NCBI RefSeq assembly: GCF_006345805.1
Contig: NW_021829256.1
Span: 1-6,734 of the forward strand
From: Octopus sinensis
Lineage: Eukaryota
Length of the DNA stretch: 6,734 bases
Direction of reading: 5' to 3'
In this document: one piece after another, positions 6,583 through 6,734 of the stretch
Layout: each line of letters opens with the position of its first letter
Numbering within the stretch: the first letter of the stretch is position 1
Translations under genes and position numbers: made by a program
The notes under the pieces: model-generated
Told to the model about the DNA's origin: nothing
The model's input: the letters and a program-made list of their open reading frames with translations, nothing else
Database searches by the model: none

Positions 6583-6610
6583 CTAAATCATCAATTAATT
6601 AAAACAATAC
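6583..6610 (-). other. Putative 28-nt intron in hAT element 2 transposase
   Basis: CG|GTATTGTTTTAATTAATTGATGATTTAG|CC. Removal gives DAARYMTSAGKILK. Retention gives TGA TGA and a frameshift. Confidence 0.78.
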
Positions 6611-6734
6611 CGGATGTCATATACCGTGCAGCATCGGAAATGAGAAGCATAAAATTATCCCGTTCAACCATAAGGTTTCGAATGGAATCATCAACGATCT
6701 GTGCTATGATATTTTTTGTTGGCGCGGATTCGAT

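Larger units (their letters stand above)
4076..6734 (-). mobile_element. Second hAT transposon (Ac-type, CGGBP1/DUF659-like transposase), 3' end at 4076, interrupted by a Ginger element, other end outside the window
   Basis: Terminus begins TAGGGCCAACATTTTT at 4076. The flanking 8-mer GTTATAAC fits nTnnnnAn. The transposase reads through once 4425-6024 and one ATAAT copy are removed. The partner TIR is not visible, so the end position is inferred. Confidence 0.75.
6025..6734 (-). pseudogene. Central part of hAT element 2 transposase (CGGBP1/DUF659-like), two tiny introns, disabled
   Basis: LLISDAARYMTS-A-GKILKNL*PNLFHVNCVTHILHNC (D and CxxH motifs), PPKVVLTRWGTWL (RW motif), HIP-E-KILQLDSNKCTIE...LDFG*DEAGIKKYLEKRI. 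TAG at 6557-6559 and 6090-6092. Slips at ~6484 and ~6260. Confidence 0.85.

Overview
AT-rich eukaryotic DNA made entirely of nested and decayed transposable elements, all coding on the minus strand. No host housekeeping gene, RNA gene or CRISPR array is visible. From left to right: (1) a short R2/R4/NeSL-type reverse transcriptase (RT) remnant, 1-120; (2) a full-length Buster/SPIN-type hAT transposon with 18-bp terminal inverted repeats (TIRs), 121-2236; (3) a GC-richer, 5'-truncated jockey/I-like LINE RT fragment, 2237-2950; (4) an internally deleted CRE-like retrotransposon (RT plus restriction-like endonuclease), ~2951-3380; (5) a pogo/Tigger DDE_1 remnant, ~3392-4075; (6) a second, Ac-type hAT running from 4076 to beyond the window end; (7) a complete 1600-bp Ginger-like integrase transposon, 4425-6024, with TGT...ACA TIRs and a 5-bp ATAAT target-site duplication (TSD), inserted into element 6. 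The most striking feature is five 22-28-nt GT-AG segments in three unrelated DNA-transposon genes. Removing each one restores the reading frame and the family motif. They look like tiny spliceosomal introns with G|GT donors but no GTAAGT consensus. A microsporidian-like or other compact AT-rich eukaryote is an inference from composition and intron size. All family assignments come from motif recognition by eye, not from database searches.
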